Source: an archaeon
GTDB taxonomy: Archaea > Iainarchaeota > Iainarchaeia > Iainarchaeales > 1-14-0-10-31-34
Direction of reading: 5' to 3'
NCBI GenBank assembly: GCA_024277355.1
Contig: JAJRVL010000001.1
Span: 1 to 32,000, forward strand
Length of the DNA stretch: 32,000 nucleotides
In this document: positions 24,666 to 32,000 of the stretch, one piece after another
Numbering within the stretch: position 1 is the stretch's first letter
Layout: each line of letters begins with the position of its first letter
Program-made: the position numbers and the translations under genes
Notes under the pieces: generated by a model
Seen by the model: only the letters and a program-made list of their open reading frames with translations
The model's database searches: none
Told to the model about the DNA's origin: nothing

Positions 24666-25108
24666 AATTATGTATTGCGGTTTCAGCCGGAGGACATTTA
24701 AGTGAAATAAAACAAATAGAAGAATACTACAAAAAACATAAACATTTTTTTATTTCATTTAAAAGATTTGATTCAAATGAATTAGCAAAAAAAAACAAAG
24801 TTTATTTTGTTATTGATCCAAAAAGAAATTTTTTCGATTTAATTCATAATTTTATTCAAAGCTTTTTTATTTTAATTAAAGAAAAACCTGATGCAGTAAT
24901 TTCAACAGGAGCAGGAGTTGCATTGCCTGCTTTATTTATAGCAAAATTAATGGGAAAAAAAACTGTTTTTATTGAAAGTTTTTGCAGAATTAATTCTCCT
25001 TCTTTTTCAGGAAAAATTGCATATAAATTTGTTGATCTTTTCCTTGTGCAATGGAAAGACAACTTAAAGTTTTATCCTAAAGCAAAATTCAAAGGGGCGG
25101 TATTTTGA
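24662..25108 (+). CDS. Alg14-like subunit of the UDP-GlcNAc transferase
   Basis: AVSAGGHLSEI (GGH motif). VFIESFCRINSPSFSGKIAYKFVDLFLVQW matches the Alg14 signature ESxxRxxxxSxSGKxxxxxxDxFxVQW. ATG 24662 overlaps the aglH stop (ATGA). Confidence 0.8.
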   Translation: MKLCIAVSAGGHLSEIKQIEEYYKKHKHFFISFKRFDSNELAKKNKVYFVIDPKRNFFDLIHNFIQSFFILIKEKPDAVISTGAGVALPALFIAKLMGKKTVFIESFCRINSPSFSGKIAYKFVDLFLVQWKDNLKFYPKAKFKGAVF

Positions 25109-25569
25109 TTTTAGTTATGACCGGGACACACAATCAGGGATTTGACCGTTTAATTAAAGCAGTTGATTTAATATCAAAAAAATTTTCAGAAGAATTTTTT
25201 ATTCAAACAGGAAACTCTAAAATTAAACCAAAAAATAGTAAATGGAAAAAATTTTTAATTCCATTAGACTTAGAAAAAAAAATTCAGGAAAGCTCTTTAG
25301 TTATAACTCATGCAGGAGCAGGCTCAATAATTAATTCATTAAAAAACAAGAAACCAGTAATTGTTGTTCCAAGAGAAAAAAAATTTAATGAACATGTAAA
25401 CGACCATCAGATTGAATTAGCAGAAAAACTTGAAAAAGAAAAAAAAGTTGTTTTATGCAGGAATTTAAGTGAATTAAAAGAAAAAATCAGCAAAGCAAAG
25501 AATTTAACTGTATTAAAACAAAATAATAAAGAACTCATAAAAGAAATTGAATTGTTTTTAGGGAATTAA
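25105..25569 (+). CDS. Alg13-like catalytic subunit (glycosyltransferase 28 C-terminal domain)
   Basis: ILVMTGTHNQGFDRLI, ITHAGAGSI and VVPRE..NEHVNDHQIELAEKL match Alg13/MurG C-domain motifs. The TTG start overlaps the Alg14-like stop (TTGA), with GGGGCGG upstream. Confidence 0.8.
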   Translation: MILVMTGTHNQGFDRLIKAVDLISKKFSEEFFIQTGNSKIKPKNSKWKKFLIPLDLEKKIQESSLVITHAGAGSIINSLKNKKPVIVVPREKKFNEHVNDHQIELAEKLEKEKKVVLCRNLSELKEKISKAKNLTVLKQNNKELIKEIELFLGN

Positions 25570-26556
25570 ATGAATAAAAAAATAATTTTGTCATATCTTT
25601 TCAGTTTAATTTTAGTTATTGCAATTATTTCAATAATTGACATAAAAGAAGTAATTAAAGAAACAGCAAAATTAGGATTAATTAATTTTATTTTTTTAGG
25701 AGGATTATATTCAGTTGCTTTTGTTTTCAGGGCATTAAGATGGAAAACAATTCTTTCCCCTATAACAGAAATTTCATTAAAAGATTCTTTTTTTATTACA
25801 AATATGGGTTTTTTTGTTAATGCATTACTGCCTGCAAGAACAGGAGAAATAGCAAGAGCTTATATTTTATCAAAGAAAAAAAAGTTAGGTAAAATAAAAA
25901 GTTTTTCAACAGTAGTATTAGACAGAGTAATAGACGGGATGACTTTATTTCTGTTCTTTGTGTTGTCTGTTTTTTTAATTGAAATACCAAAAGAATTCAG
26001 TTCAATAATTTTAATTCCTGCATTATTGTTTGCTGTTGTATTTCTTTTCTTCTTTAAGCCGGATAAATTCAAAGTAATAGGAAGATTAATAGTAAAAGTA
26101 TTTCCTTCATTTAAAGAAAAAATAACATATGTTTTTAATGAAATGAAAGAAGCAGGAAATATTTTTTATGCAGAAAAACATTTTTTAAAAATAATAATTT
26201 ATTCTGTTTTAATCTGGATTATTGAATCATTAGTTTTTTATTTTACTGCACAAGTATTAGGAATTGAATTAAGTTTGTTTCATGTATTTCTTTTAATTGT
26301 AGTAACCGGTTTTGCTGTAATGATTCCAAGCAGTCCGAATTATATTGGAACATTTGAAGCAGGAGTAGTTGTTTTTTTTATGGCATTTAATTTAAATCAG
26401 AATTCTGCTATTTCTTTAGCAGTAATAGTTCATTTAATCCAGACAATTGTAGTTATTAGTTTAGGAATAATTTCAATGAATAAATTAGGTTTAAGCTTTA
26501 AAAGTATTTCAGAAACAAATTTTTCTCAGATAAAAGAAAAAATAAAAGGAAATTAA
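25570..26556 (+). CDS. UPF0104-type polytopic membrane protein (flippase-like, related to the lysyl-PG synthase TM region)
   Basis: About 8 TM segments. FRALRWKTIL and LPARTGEIARAYIL resemble the conserved UPF0104 motifs. The ATG directly abuts the Alg13-like stop. Confidence 0.6.
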   Translation: MNKKIILSYLFSLILVIAIISIIDIKEVIKETAKLGLINFIFLGGLYSVAFVFRALRWKTILSPITEISLKDSFFITNMGFFVNALLPARTGEIARAYILSKKKKLGKIKSFSTVVLDRVIDGMTLFLFFVLSVFLIEIPKEFSSIILIPALLFAVVFLFFFKPDKFKVIGRLIVKVFPSFKEKITYVFNEMKEAGNIFYAEKHFLKIIIYSVLIWIIESLVFYFTAQVLGIELSLFHVFLLIVVTGFAVMIPSSPNYIGTFEAGVVVFFMAFNLNQNSAISLAVIVHLIQTIVVISLGIISMNKLGLSFKSISETNFSQIKEKIKGN

Positions 26557-26557
26557 A

Positions 26558-28288
26558 ATGAAAATAAAAATTTCAAACGCAGTAATAATTGTTTTGTATG
26601 TTTTAATGATTCTTGTTTCAACACAGTTTCTTTTTGATGACTTGGCTTTTGATTATTCAGGTTATGCATTAAGATATAATTCTTTAAATGAAAACTGGAT
26701 TCAGGAACAGCATTTAGGAATTCCAACAGGGACTTTTGATCCAATTCTTCCAGGGGTTCTTCCTTTTTTAATTAAATTAATAGGAATAGGAAGTTTTACG
26801 CTTCCTTTGACTTTGTCAATTTTAATTATAAGAATGATTTTTCCTTTTGCTTTTGCTTTTCTGGGAAAAAGTTTTGGTTTTGATAAAAAACTTTCTTTTA
26901 TTGCAGGAATAATTTTTGTTTTTAATCCAATTTTATTTAAATTTTTTAATCGTTTTTATGAGTTTACTGCGTGGCTTTTTTTTATAATGGCTTTTGCTTC
27001 TTTTTATAATTTTTTAAAAGAAAAAGAATTTTCAAAAAAATATTTTTCTTTAAGTGTATTATTTGTCTGCCTTACAGCTTTATCTCATTCAGCCGGATTA
27101 ATTTTCATTGCATTTTCTTTTATTTTAATCACTGAAACAAAACAAGAACTGAAAAAATTATTTTTAACTGGTTTAATAAGCGGAGGAATAATGGCTTTTT
27201 GGTTAATTCCATTTTTTGTTTTTGTTAATTTAAGTGTATTACATGAACAAAAAGGAATGTTATTGGTTTCAACAGGAATTATTGCTTCAGGAATTTTTTT
27301 AATGATGATTTTGCTTGCCGGAATTTTTTTATTAAGAAAATTCAAAGAAAAATATTCAAAAATAAACCGTTTGCTTTTAGGAAGTTTTATTTTATCAGTT
27401 GTTGTTTTAGTTTTGCCTTTAATTCCTGTAATTGAAAAACCTTTTGCGCATTCATATCATGCATTATTTATTTTTGTTTTATTGATTTCTTTTTTGGCGT
27501 TAATTAAAGAAAAATTTATTTCAAGAAAACATTTAGTTTACACTGGGATTGCTTTAATGCTTATAGTTATTTTTTTGTTTCCTGTTGTTGAAAGGCAGTA
27601 TTTTTTTGATGAACCAAGATTAAAAGATTATAAAATTGAAGAAATTAATTTTCTTTTAGAAGAAATTCCTGATAATTCAAGGTTTGAATTAATTCCTTTT
27701 AATCCTGTAATTCATTCTTTTACTGCATTAAAAGGAAAGCTTTCGTTAAATGGCTGGGGATATAATGCATATACTTTAAGTGAAAGCGATGAAATTGGAA
27801 CAAAAATGATTTCAATGGATTTATCCTGTAAAGAATTTAATCAAGGAATAGAAAAAACTGCTGCAAATTACTGGATTGCATTAAATGAAAAAGGAGAAGA
27901 ATATTTAACTGATTGTGGATTAAAAGAAAAAACAGAAAAAACTGGTTTCCCTAAATTATTTTTTTATGAAAAAAATTCTTCTTTAGTTGAAAATGGAGAA
28001 TTAATTGAATTTTCAAATAAAAAAGTTGTAATTGAATCTTTTGGAGGAAATGTTTTATTAAAGCAGAGTTTTTTTCCAAGATGGACTGCTTATCAAAATG
28101 GAAAAGAACTTGAATTAATTAATAAAAATCCGGGAATTGAAATTTTGAATTCAAAAAAAGGATTAATTGAATTAAAATATGAAAACACTTTAATTGATTT
28201 TATTGGAATAATAATCAGCTTAATTTCATTGACTTTGTTTTTGATTTTAATTAAGACTAATGCATTAAAATCATCCACCACATTTTAG
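26558..28288 (+). CDS. GT-C superfamily-like polytopic membrane glycosyltransferase (YfhO-like), putative
   Basis: An acidic motif right after TM1 (LFDDLAFDYSGY), about 11-13 TM segments, a ~200-aa extracytoplasmic domain ending FFPRWTAYQNGKELELINKNPGIEILNSKKGLIELKY (YfhO-like C-terminal pattern), and a final TM. It starts 1 nt after the preceding stop. Confidence 0.45.
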   Translation: MKIKISNAVIIVLYVLMILVSTQFLFDDLAFDYSGYALRYNSLNENWIQEQHLGIPTGTFDPILPGVLPFLIKLIGIGSFTLPLTLSILIIRMIFPFAFAFLGKSFGFDKKLSFIAGIIFVFNPILFKFFNRFYEFTAWLFFIMAFASFYNFLKEKEFSKKYFSLSVLFVCLTALSHSAGLIFIAFSFILITETKQELKKLFLTGLISGGIMAFWLIPFFVFVNLSVLHEQKGMLLVSTGIIASGIFLMMILLAGIFLLRKFKEKYSKINRLLLGSFILSVVVLVLPLIPVIEKPFAHSYHALFIFVLLISFLALIKEKFISRKHLVYTGIALMLIVIFLFPVVERQYFFDEPRLKDYKIEEINFLLEEIPDNSRFELIPFNPVIHSFTALKGKLSLNGWGYNAYTLSESDEIGTKMISMDLSCKEFNQGIEKTAANYWIALNEKGEEYLTDCGLKEKTEKTGFPKLFFYEKNSSLVENGELIEFSNKKVVIESFGGNVLLKQSFFPRWTAYQNGKELELINKNPGIEILNSKKGLIELKYENTLIDFIGIIISLISLTLFLILIKTNALKSSTTF

Positions 28289-29174
28289 AACCAGTAATTA
28301 AACCTTTTAATGCGTCATCGCCTACTCCTTTGCTTTCACCGACTCTTTTTTTTAAGGTAACAGGAACTTCAATTACTTTCAAGTCATTTTCTAATGCAAC
28401 TAAAATCATATGAGGAGAAAAATAATGTCCTGTTACATGCAGTTTGTCAATTATTTTATCTAATGCTTCAGGTCTAATAATTCTAAAAGTACAGCCTACA
28501 TCAGTTAATCTTACTTTGTCCCAGAACCTTAATTGAAGCAATTTTGCAATAAATAAATTTCCATAACGCATAAACCATGTAACTTGAGAATCAGAGTCAA
28601 TTATTTCAGCTGTAGTTCTTGTGCCTAAAACCATGTCAGTATTTTCAATATAAGCAGTTAATTTTTTTAAATCTGAAGCAGAAAAAGTCATGTCTCCTTC
28701 AACTAAACAAATTAAGTTTCCTGTTTTTCTTGCTTCTTTTAATGCACGCATGCAGGCAGCACCATAACCTTGAACTGGTTCTTTTGTAACTTTTGCTCCG
28801 TTTTTTACTGCTTCTGATGCAGTGTTGTCAATACAATTATTATCTATTACTGTAACTGAAACAACTTCTTTTAGTTCTTTAAATTGTTTAACTGAATTTC
28901 CTATTGCTTTTTCATCATTATACGCAGTCATTCCTATGCTAATCTGCAGATTATTTATTGGTTTAAATTTAAAGGGTTTTTTTGAAGGAAAAAAAACTGT
29001 CGGAACAGCTAAATCAATTATTAAGGCAGACAAAAAAATAAAATCAAGAATTAAACCATAAAAAAATAATTCATTAAACAATAAAGGCTCAAAAAATAAT
29101 TTAATTAAACCAAAAAAATGCAGAATTAAAGAAATAAGAAATAAATGAAATGCATATAATGAAAGTCTTCCCAT
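28257..29174 (-). CDS. Membrane-anchored GT2 glycosyltransferase, dolichyl-/polyprenyl-phosphate sugar synthase-like
   Basis: N-terminal TM segments, then ISIGMTAYNDEKAIGNSV...VTVIDNNCIDNTASEA...QGYGAACMRAL...LVEGDMTFSASDL (GT-A, DPM1/GtrB-like). Its 3' end overlaps the convergent GT-C gene by 32 nt. Confidence 0.7.
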   Translation of the reverse strand: MGRLSLYAFHLFLISLILHFFGLIKLFFEPLLFNELFFYGLILDFIFLSALIIDLAVPTVFFPSKKPFKFKPINNLQISIGMTAYNDEKAIGNSVKQFKELKEVVSVTVIDNNCIDNTASEAVKNGAKVTKEPVQGYGAACMRALKEARKTGNLICLVEGDMTFSASDLKKLTAYIENTDMVLGTRTTAEIIDSDSQVTWFMRYGNLFIAKLLQLRFWDKVRLTDVGCTFRIIRPEALDKIIDKLHVTGHYFSPHMILVALENDLKVIEVPVTLKKRVGESKGVGDDALKGLITGSKMWWMILMH

Positions 29175-29248
29175 TTAAAACGCCAAAAATAAAAAATTAT
29201 AATAATAAAAGGAAGGCAAACTGATTTAAAAACCATTTTAATTTGGGA

Positions 29249-29258
29249 ATTGTACCAA
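29249..29258 (+). promoter_or_regulatory. ATTGTACCAA motif, copy 3 of 3, in the divergent region upstream of the wecB-GT2-radical SAM operon
   Basis: Exact 10-mer lying 24 nt downstream of TTTAAA (29225-29230) and about 100 nt upstream of ATG 29350. Confidence 0.45.
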
Positions 29259-29349
29259 AAACCCCTTTATAATTAACTGAATTAATTATATTAATAAAGG
29301 GAATTTTAACTATAATTTTTAACTGATTTTATGCAGTAAAAAAAAAACA

Positions 29350-30744
29350 ATGATTTTTATGTATGAAAAAATTAAAGTAAATAAAACAGGCGAAATAAGT
29401 GTAAGACAAGGTTTGTTTGAAGAAATAAAAAAAACAAATAAACCAATTCATTTAGTGTTAATTGCAACAAAACCGGATATAATCAAACAGTTTCCTTTGA
29501 TCCTTGAATTAAAAAAACAAAATGAATTTGTTGTAATAGTTCATTCGGGACAGCATTATTCATGGAATTTATCTAAAGGAATGGAAGAAGAATTCGGAAT
29601 AATGCCTGATGTAAACTTAAATGTAAAAGGAAAATTATTTGAACAGCAAAGCCAGATTATTAATCGATTAGGAATTGTATTAGAAAAAATTGGGAAAAAA
29701 GTTATTCCTTATACTTATGGAGACACTACAACTGCTTTAGCAGGAGGAATTGCCTGTTTTGCATTAAAAAACGGAGTAGCTCATGTTGAAGCAGGATTAA
29801 GAACAATGACTCCTCCAAAAAAATTATTTGAAGAATTAATGAATGGAATTGAAACAGAAAATTATTATGAAAAATTAAAAGACAGAAAAGAATGGACTAA
29901 AGGTTCATATGAACCTTACCCTGAACAATTTGATACAAGAGGTTCAGCACCAAGTGCTGGAATTCATTTTTCTCCAAATGAATTAAACACTGAACATTTA
30001 ATCAATGAAGGGTATGAAAAAGAAAGAATTTTTACTGTAGGAAATCCAGTAGTAGATGCATTAAAATTTGCAGAAAAAAGAATAAAAGAAAGTTCAATTT
30101 TTGAAAAATATCCAGTATTAGAAGAAGGCAATTTAATCAGGTTTTGTATTCACAGAAGAGAAAATATTTCTTCAAAGCATCGATTTAAAGTTTTATATAA
30201 TTCAATGGTTTCATTAATTAAAGAAGGAAGAAATGTATTATTAATTTCTTTAGGTTCAACAGAAAAAGCATTAGAGTTTTATGATTTAAAAAACAAAACA
30301 AAAGAATTAGCAGAAAAACACAAAAACTTTATTTACAGCGAGGTATGGCCGCAGTATACTGATGTAATTGCAGCAATGAAAAAATGCAGTGTAATTGCAA
30401 CTGATTCAGGTTCAATTCAGGAAGAAACAAACACTTTAGGCATTCCTGGAGTTGTATTAAGATTTAATTCAGACAGACCTGAAGCAGTATTTGAAGGAAG
30501 CAATATTATTGCTCCGCCGATTAAAACAGAAATTGTAACAAAAATAATTCAGGATGTAATGGATTCAGATTTAAATAAACAAATGAAAAATTCAAAAAAA
30601 TTATACGGCGAAAATGTTTCAGAAAAAATAGTTTCAATAACAAAAAAAATAACTGAAAAAGAAGAATTATTCGAATTATTTGAACATGAAAGATTAGGTT
30701 TAAGCAAAAAAGATTTCTGGGAAAAAGGAGGCATTGAATGGTAA
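29350..30744 (+). CDS. wecB: UDP-N-acetylglucosamine 2-epimerase (WecB family) with a ~36-aa insertion
   Basis: LIATKPDIIK (GTRPExIK equivalent), GDTTTALAGG, HVEAGLRT, HRRENISS and TDSGSIQEE. Extra segment MTPPKKLFEELMNGIETENYYEKLKDRKEWTKGSYE lies between GLRT and PYPEQFDTR. ATG 29362 is an alternative start. Confidence 0.8.
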   Translation: MIFMYEKIKVNKTGEISVRQGLFEEIKKTNKPIHLVLIATKPDIIKQFPLILELKKQNEFVVIVHSGQHYSWNLSKGMEEEFGIMPDVNLNVKGKLFEQQSQIINRLGIVLEKIGKKVIPYTYGDTTTALAGGIACFALKNGVAHVEAGLRTMTPPKKLFEELMNGIETENYYEKLKDRKEWTKGSYEPYPEQFDTRGSAPSAGIHFSPNELNTEHLINEGYEKERIFTVGNPVVDALKFAEKRIKESSIFEKYPVLEEGNLIRFCIHRRENISSKHRFKVLYNSMVSLIKEGRNVLLISLGSTEKALEFYDLKNKTKELAEKHKNFIYSEVWPQYTDVIAAMKKCSVIATDSGSIQEETNTLGIPGVVLRFNSDRPEAVFEGSNIIAPPIKTEIVTKIIQDVMDSDLNKQMKNSKKLYGENVSEKIVSITKKITEKEELFELFEHERLGLSKKDFWEKGGIEW

Positions 30745-31613
30745 AAACAGCAAGCATAGTTATTTTGACTTTTAACAGAGAAGAAGTAATAAACAAAACA
30801 GTCAAGGCAATGCTTGAGTTGGAATACGATGAAAATGCATTTGAAGTAATAGTAATAAATGATGAAAGCAAAGATAACACAAAAAAAATTCTTGAAAAAT
30901 TTAAAGATAAAAAATTAACTGTAATTCATAACAAAAAAGAAAAAGGCCCTTGTGAAGCAAGAAATCAGGGAATTAATTCAGCAAAAAATGACTTCATAAT
31001 AATAATGGATGACGACTGCATTCCAGAAAAAAACTGGTTAAAACAAATGATTTCAGGATTTGATTCAGATAAAGTAGGGATGGTTTCAGGTTATTCTTTG
31101 CATGGAGGAACATCAACTGCTTTCAGCAGAAAAGCATTAGAAAAAGCAGGTTTATATGACAAAGAATATTTTTATTACAGAGAAGATACAGATTTAGTTT
31201 TCAGAATAATGGATGCAGGATTTCAAATTAAACAGGTTAACGCAAAATATTTACATGACCATAAAATGGAAAAACCAAAAAATATAATTGAATTTTTAAA
31301 GCATTCATGGAAAAGAATTCAAAACCATAAAAATGATGTATTGCTTTACAAAAAAAACCCTGAAAGAACAAAAAAATTTTTAGATGTAAAATTTGGTTTT
31401 TTAATTAATCCATTAAATGACTTTAAGGCTGCAACAGGTTTATGGCATAAAGGCGGAAAAATGAATTTAAGTTCTCCAAGAGGAATAGTTTTTATGGAAA
31501 ACAAAAGTTTATTGCATTCAATTATAATTCTATTTGGCGGAATATTTTATGTAATAGCAGTAAAAAGCATAAGATTTTATGCAAGCTTAAAATTCAGGAA
31601 ATTTTTAATTTAA
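30738..31613 (+). CDS. GT-A fold glycosyltransferase (family 2) with a C-terminal TM segment
   Basis: ASIVILTFNREEV...VIVINDESKDNT...IIMDDDC (DxD). GGAGG at 30727-30731. It overlaps the wecB stop by 7 nt. Confidence 0.8.
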   Translation: MVKTASIVILTFNREEVINKTVKAMLELEYDENAFEVIVINDESKDNTKKILEKFKDKKLTVIHNKKEKGPCEARNQGINSAKNDFIIIMDDDCIPEKNWLKQMISGFDSDKVGMVSGYSLHGGTSTAFSRKALEKAGLYDKEYFYYREDTDLVFRIMDAGFQIKQVNAKYLHDHKMEKPKNIIEFLKHSWKRIQNHKNDVLLYKKNPERTKKFLDVKFGFLINPLNDFKAATGLWHKGGKMNLSSPRGIVFMENKSLLHSIIILFGGIFYVIAVKSIRFYASLKFRKFLI

Positions 31614-31623
31614 GGTGAAAGAA

Positions 31624-32000
31624 ATGACGTATAAAATTTTAATGTTAAATCCTCCGTTTAAAAAAGATTATTCAAGACAAAGCCGTTCTCCCTGCGTAAC
31701 AAAAAGCCGCACTATGTATTATCCTTATTATTTAGCTTATGCAACAGGCGCATTAGAAAAAGCAGGATATAAACCTGAATTAATTGATGCAATTGTAATG
31801 AACTGGACTACAGAAAAAACAGTTGAATACATAAAAGAAAAAAAATTTGATTTAATTATAATGGATACAAGTACTCCAAGCATATTAAATGATTTAAAAA
31901 CAGCAGAAGCAATTAAGAAAGAATTACCTGACTGCCATATTTCAATGGTTAATACTCATCCAACAAATATGCCTGAATGGACTTTAAGACAAACCAAAGC
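31624..32000 (+). CDS. B12-binding-domain radical SAM protein (class B type), 3' end outside the window
   Basis: Not in the ORF track because it has no stop in the window. AGGTGA (31613-31618) lies 5 nt before the ATG. Translation: MTYKILMLNPPFKKDYSRQSRSPC...YLAYATGALEKAGYKPELIDA...KFDLIIMDTSTPSI...AEAIKKELPDCHISMVNTHPT. This is typical of the N-terminal cobalamin-binding domain of class B radical SAM enzymes. The radical SAM core itself is not visible. Confidence 0.6.
   Translation, partial: MTYKILMLNPPFKKDYSRQSRSPCVTKSRTMYYPYYLAYATGALEKAGYKPELIDAIVMNWTTEKTVEYIKEKKFDLIIMDTSTPSILNDLKTAEAIKKELPDCHISMVNTHPTNMPEWTLRQTK

Noticed and set aside
27749-27772. NGWGYNAY in the 576-aa membrane protein as a degenerate WWDYG motif, which would imply a second AglB/STT3 paralog.
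   Set aside because: Only W-G-Y is shared, there is no TIXE- or DK-like motif, and the C-terminal domain pattern looks YfhO-like rather than STT3-like. It is kept as a generic GT-C candidate.
1222-30880. About 40 short ORFs (60-141 aa) on the strand opposite to, or in alternative frames of, the confidently assigned genes. Examples: 1222-1422, 1504-1725, 2017-2294, 5959-6186, 6313-6651, 7030-7392, 8260-8463, 12227-12418, 16195-16464, 18751-18960, 22769-23074, 27085-27345, 28822-29061, 30521-30880.
   Set aside because: Each lies entirely inside a longer ORF with clear family motifs. Their translations are low-complexity F/L/I/K/S-rich strings, as expected from AT-rich antisense sequence. None has a recognisable motif or an SD-like start context.

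Overview
This is a strongly AT-rich, very gene-dense archaeal window. Archaeal markers are TBP, RpoF/Rpo4, L21e, the DUF655-KsgA cluster, AglB and a stand-alone 5S rRNA. Gene spacers are 0-11 nt or 4-8 nt overlaps, and starts carry GGTGA/GGAGG/GGGGG Shine-Dalgarno-like sites. By inference this is a small-genome, DPANN-like archaeon. Region 1-11.9 kb holds: a 5'-truncated surface protein; AMP phosphorylase; the conserved L21e-RpoF-DUF655-KsgA operon, whose KsgA copy has lost its SAM-binding and catalytic motifs; TBP with an unusual ~75-aa lysine-rich tail; 5S rRNA; a secreted subtilase fused to a DUF5667-like, coiled-coil and acidic tail; an 824-aa Cys-rich, sequon-dense adhesin-like protein; and a DsbA-like protein operonic with an unclassified CxxC membrane protein. 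Region 12-32 kb is one ~20 kb glycosylation supercluster. It contains two SDR + NDP-hexose-C-methyltransferase-type modules, a radical SAM enzyme with a truncated SPASM/Twitch domain, a nucleotide-sugar dehydrogenase, a UDP-GlcNAc 2-epimerase and four GT-A/GT-B glycosyltransferases. It also holds AglB followed by a tightly coupled Alg7(AglH)-Alg14-Alg13-flippase-like-GT-C operon, a convergent polyprenyl-P glycosyltransferase-like GT2, a B12-binding radical SAM gene cut by the window edge, and an embedded hicBA pair. I saw no CRISPR array, tRNA, transposase or integrase. The best leads are the eukaryote-like lipid-linked-oligosaccharide operon with a candidate flippase and external GT-C, a 10-nt motif (ATTGTACCAA) at the predicted transcription start of three glycan operons, the DsbA/CxxC-membrane pair, the degenerate KsgA and the basic-tailed TBP. 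All functional calls rest on motif recognition by eye; no database search was run.
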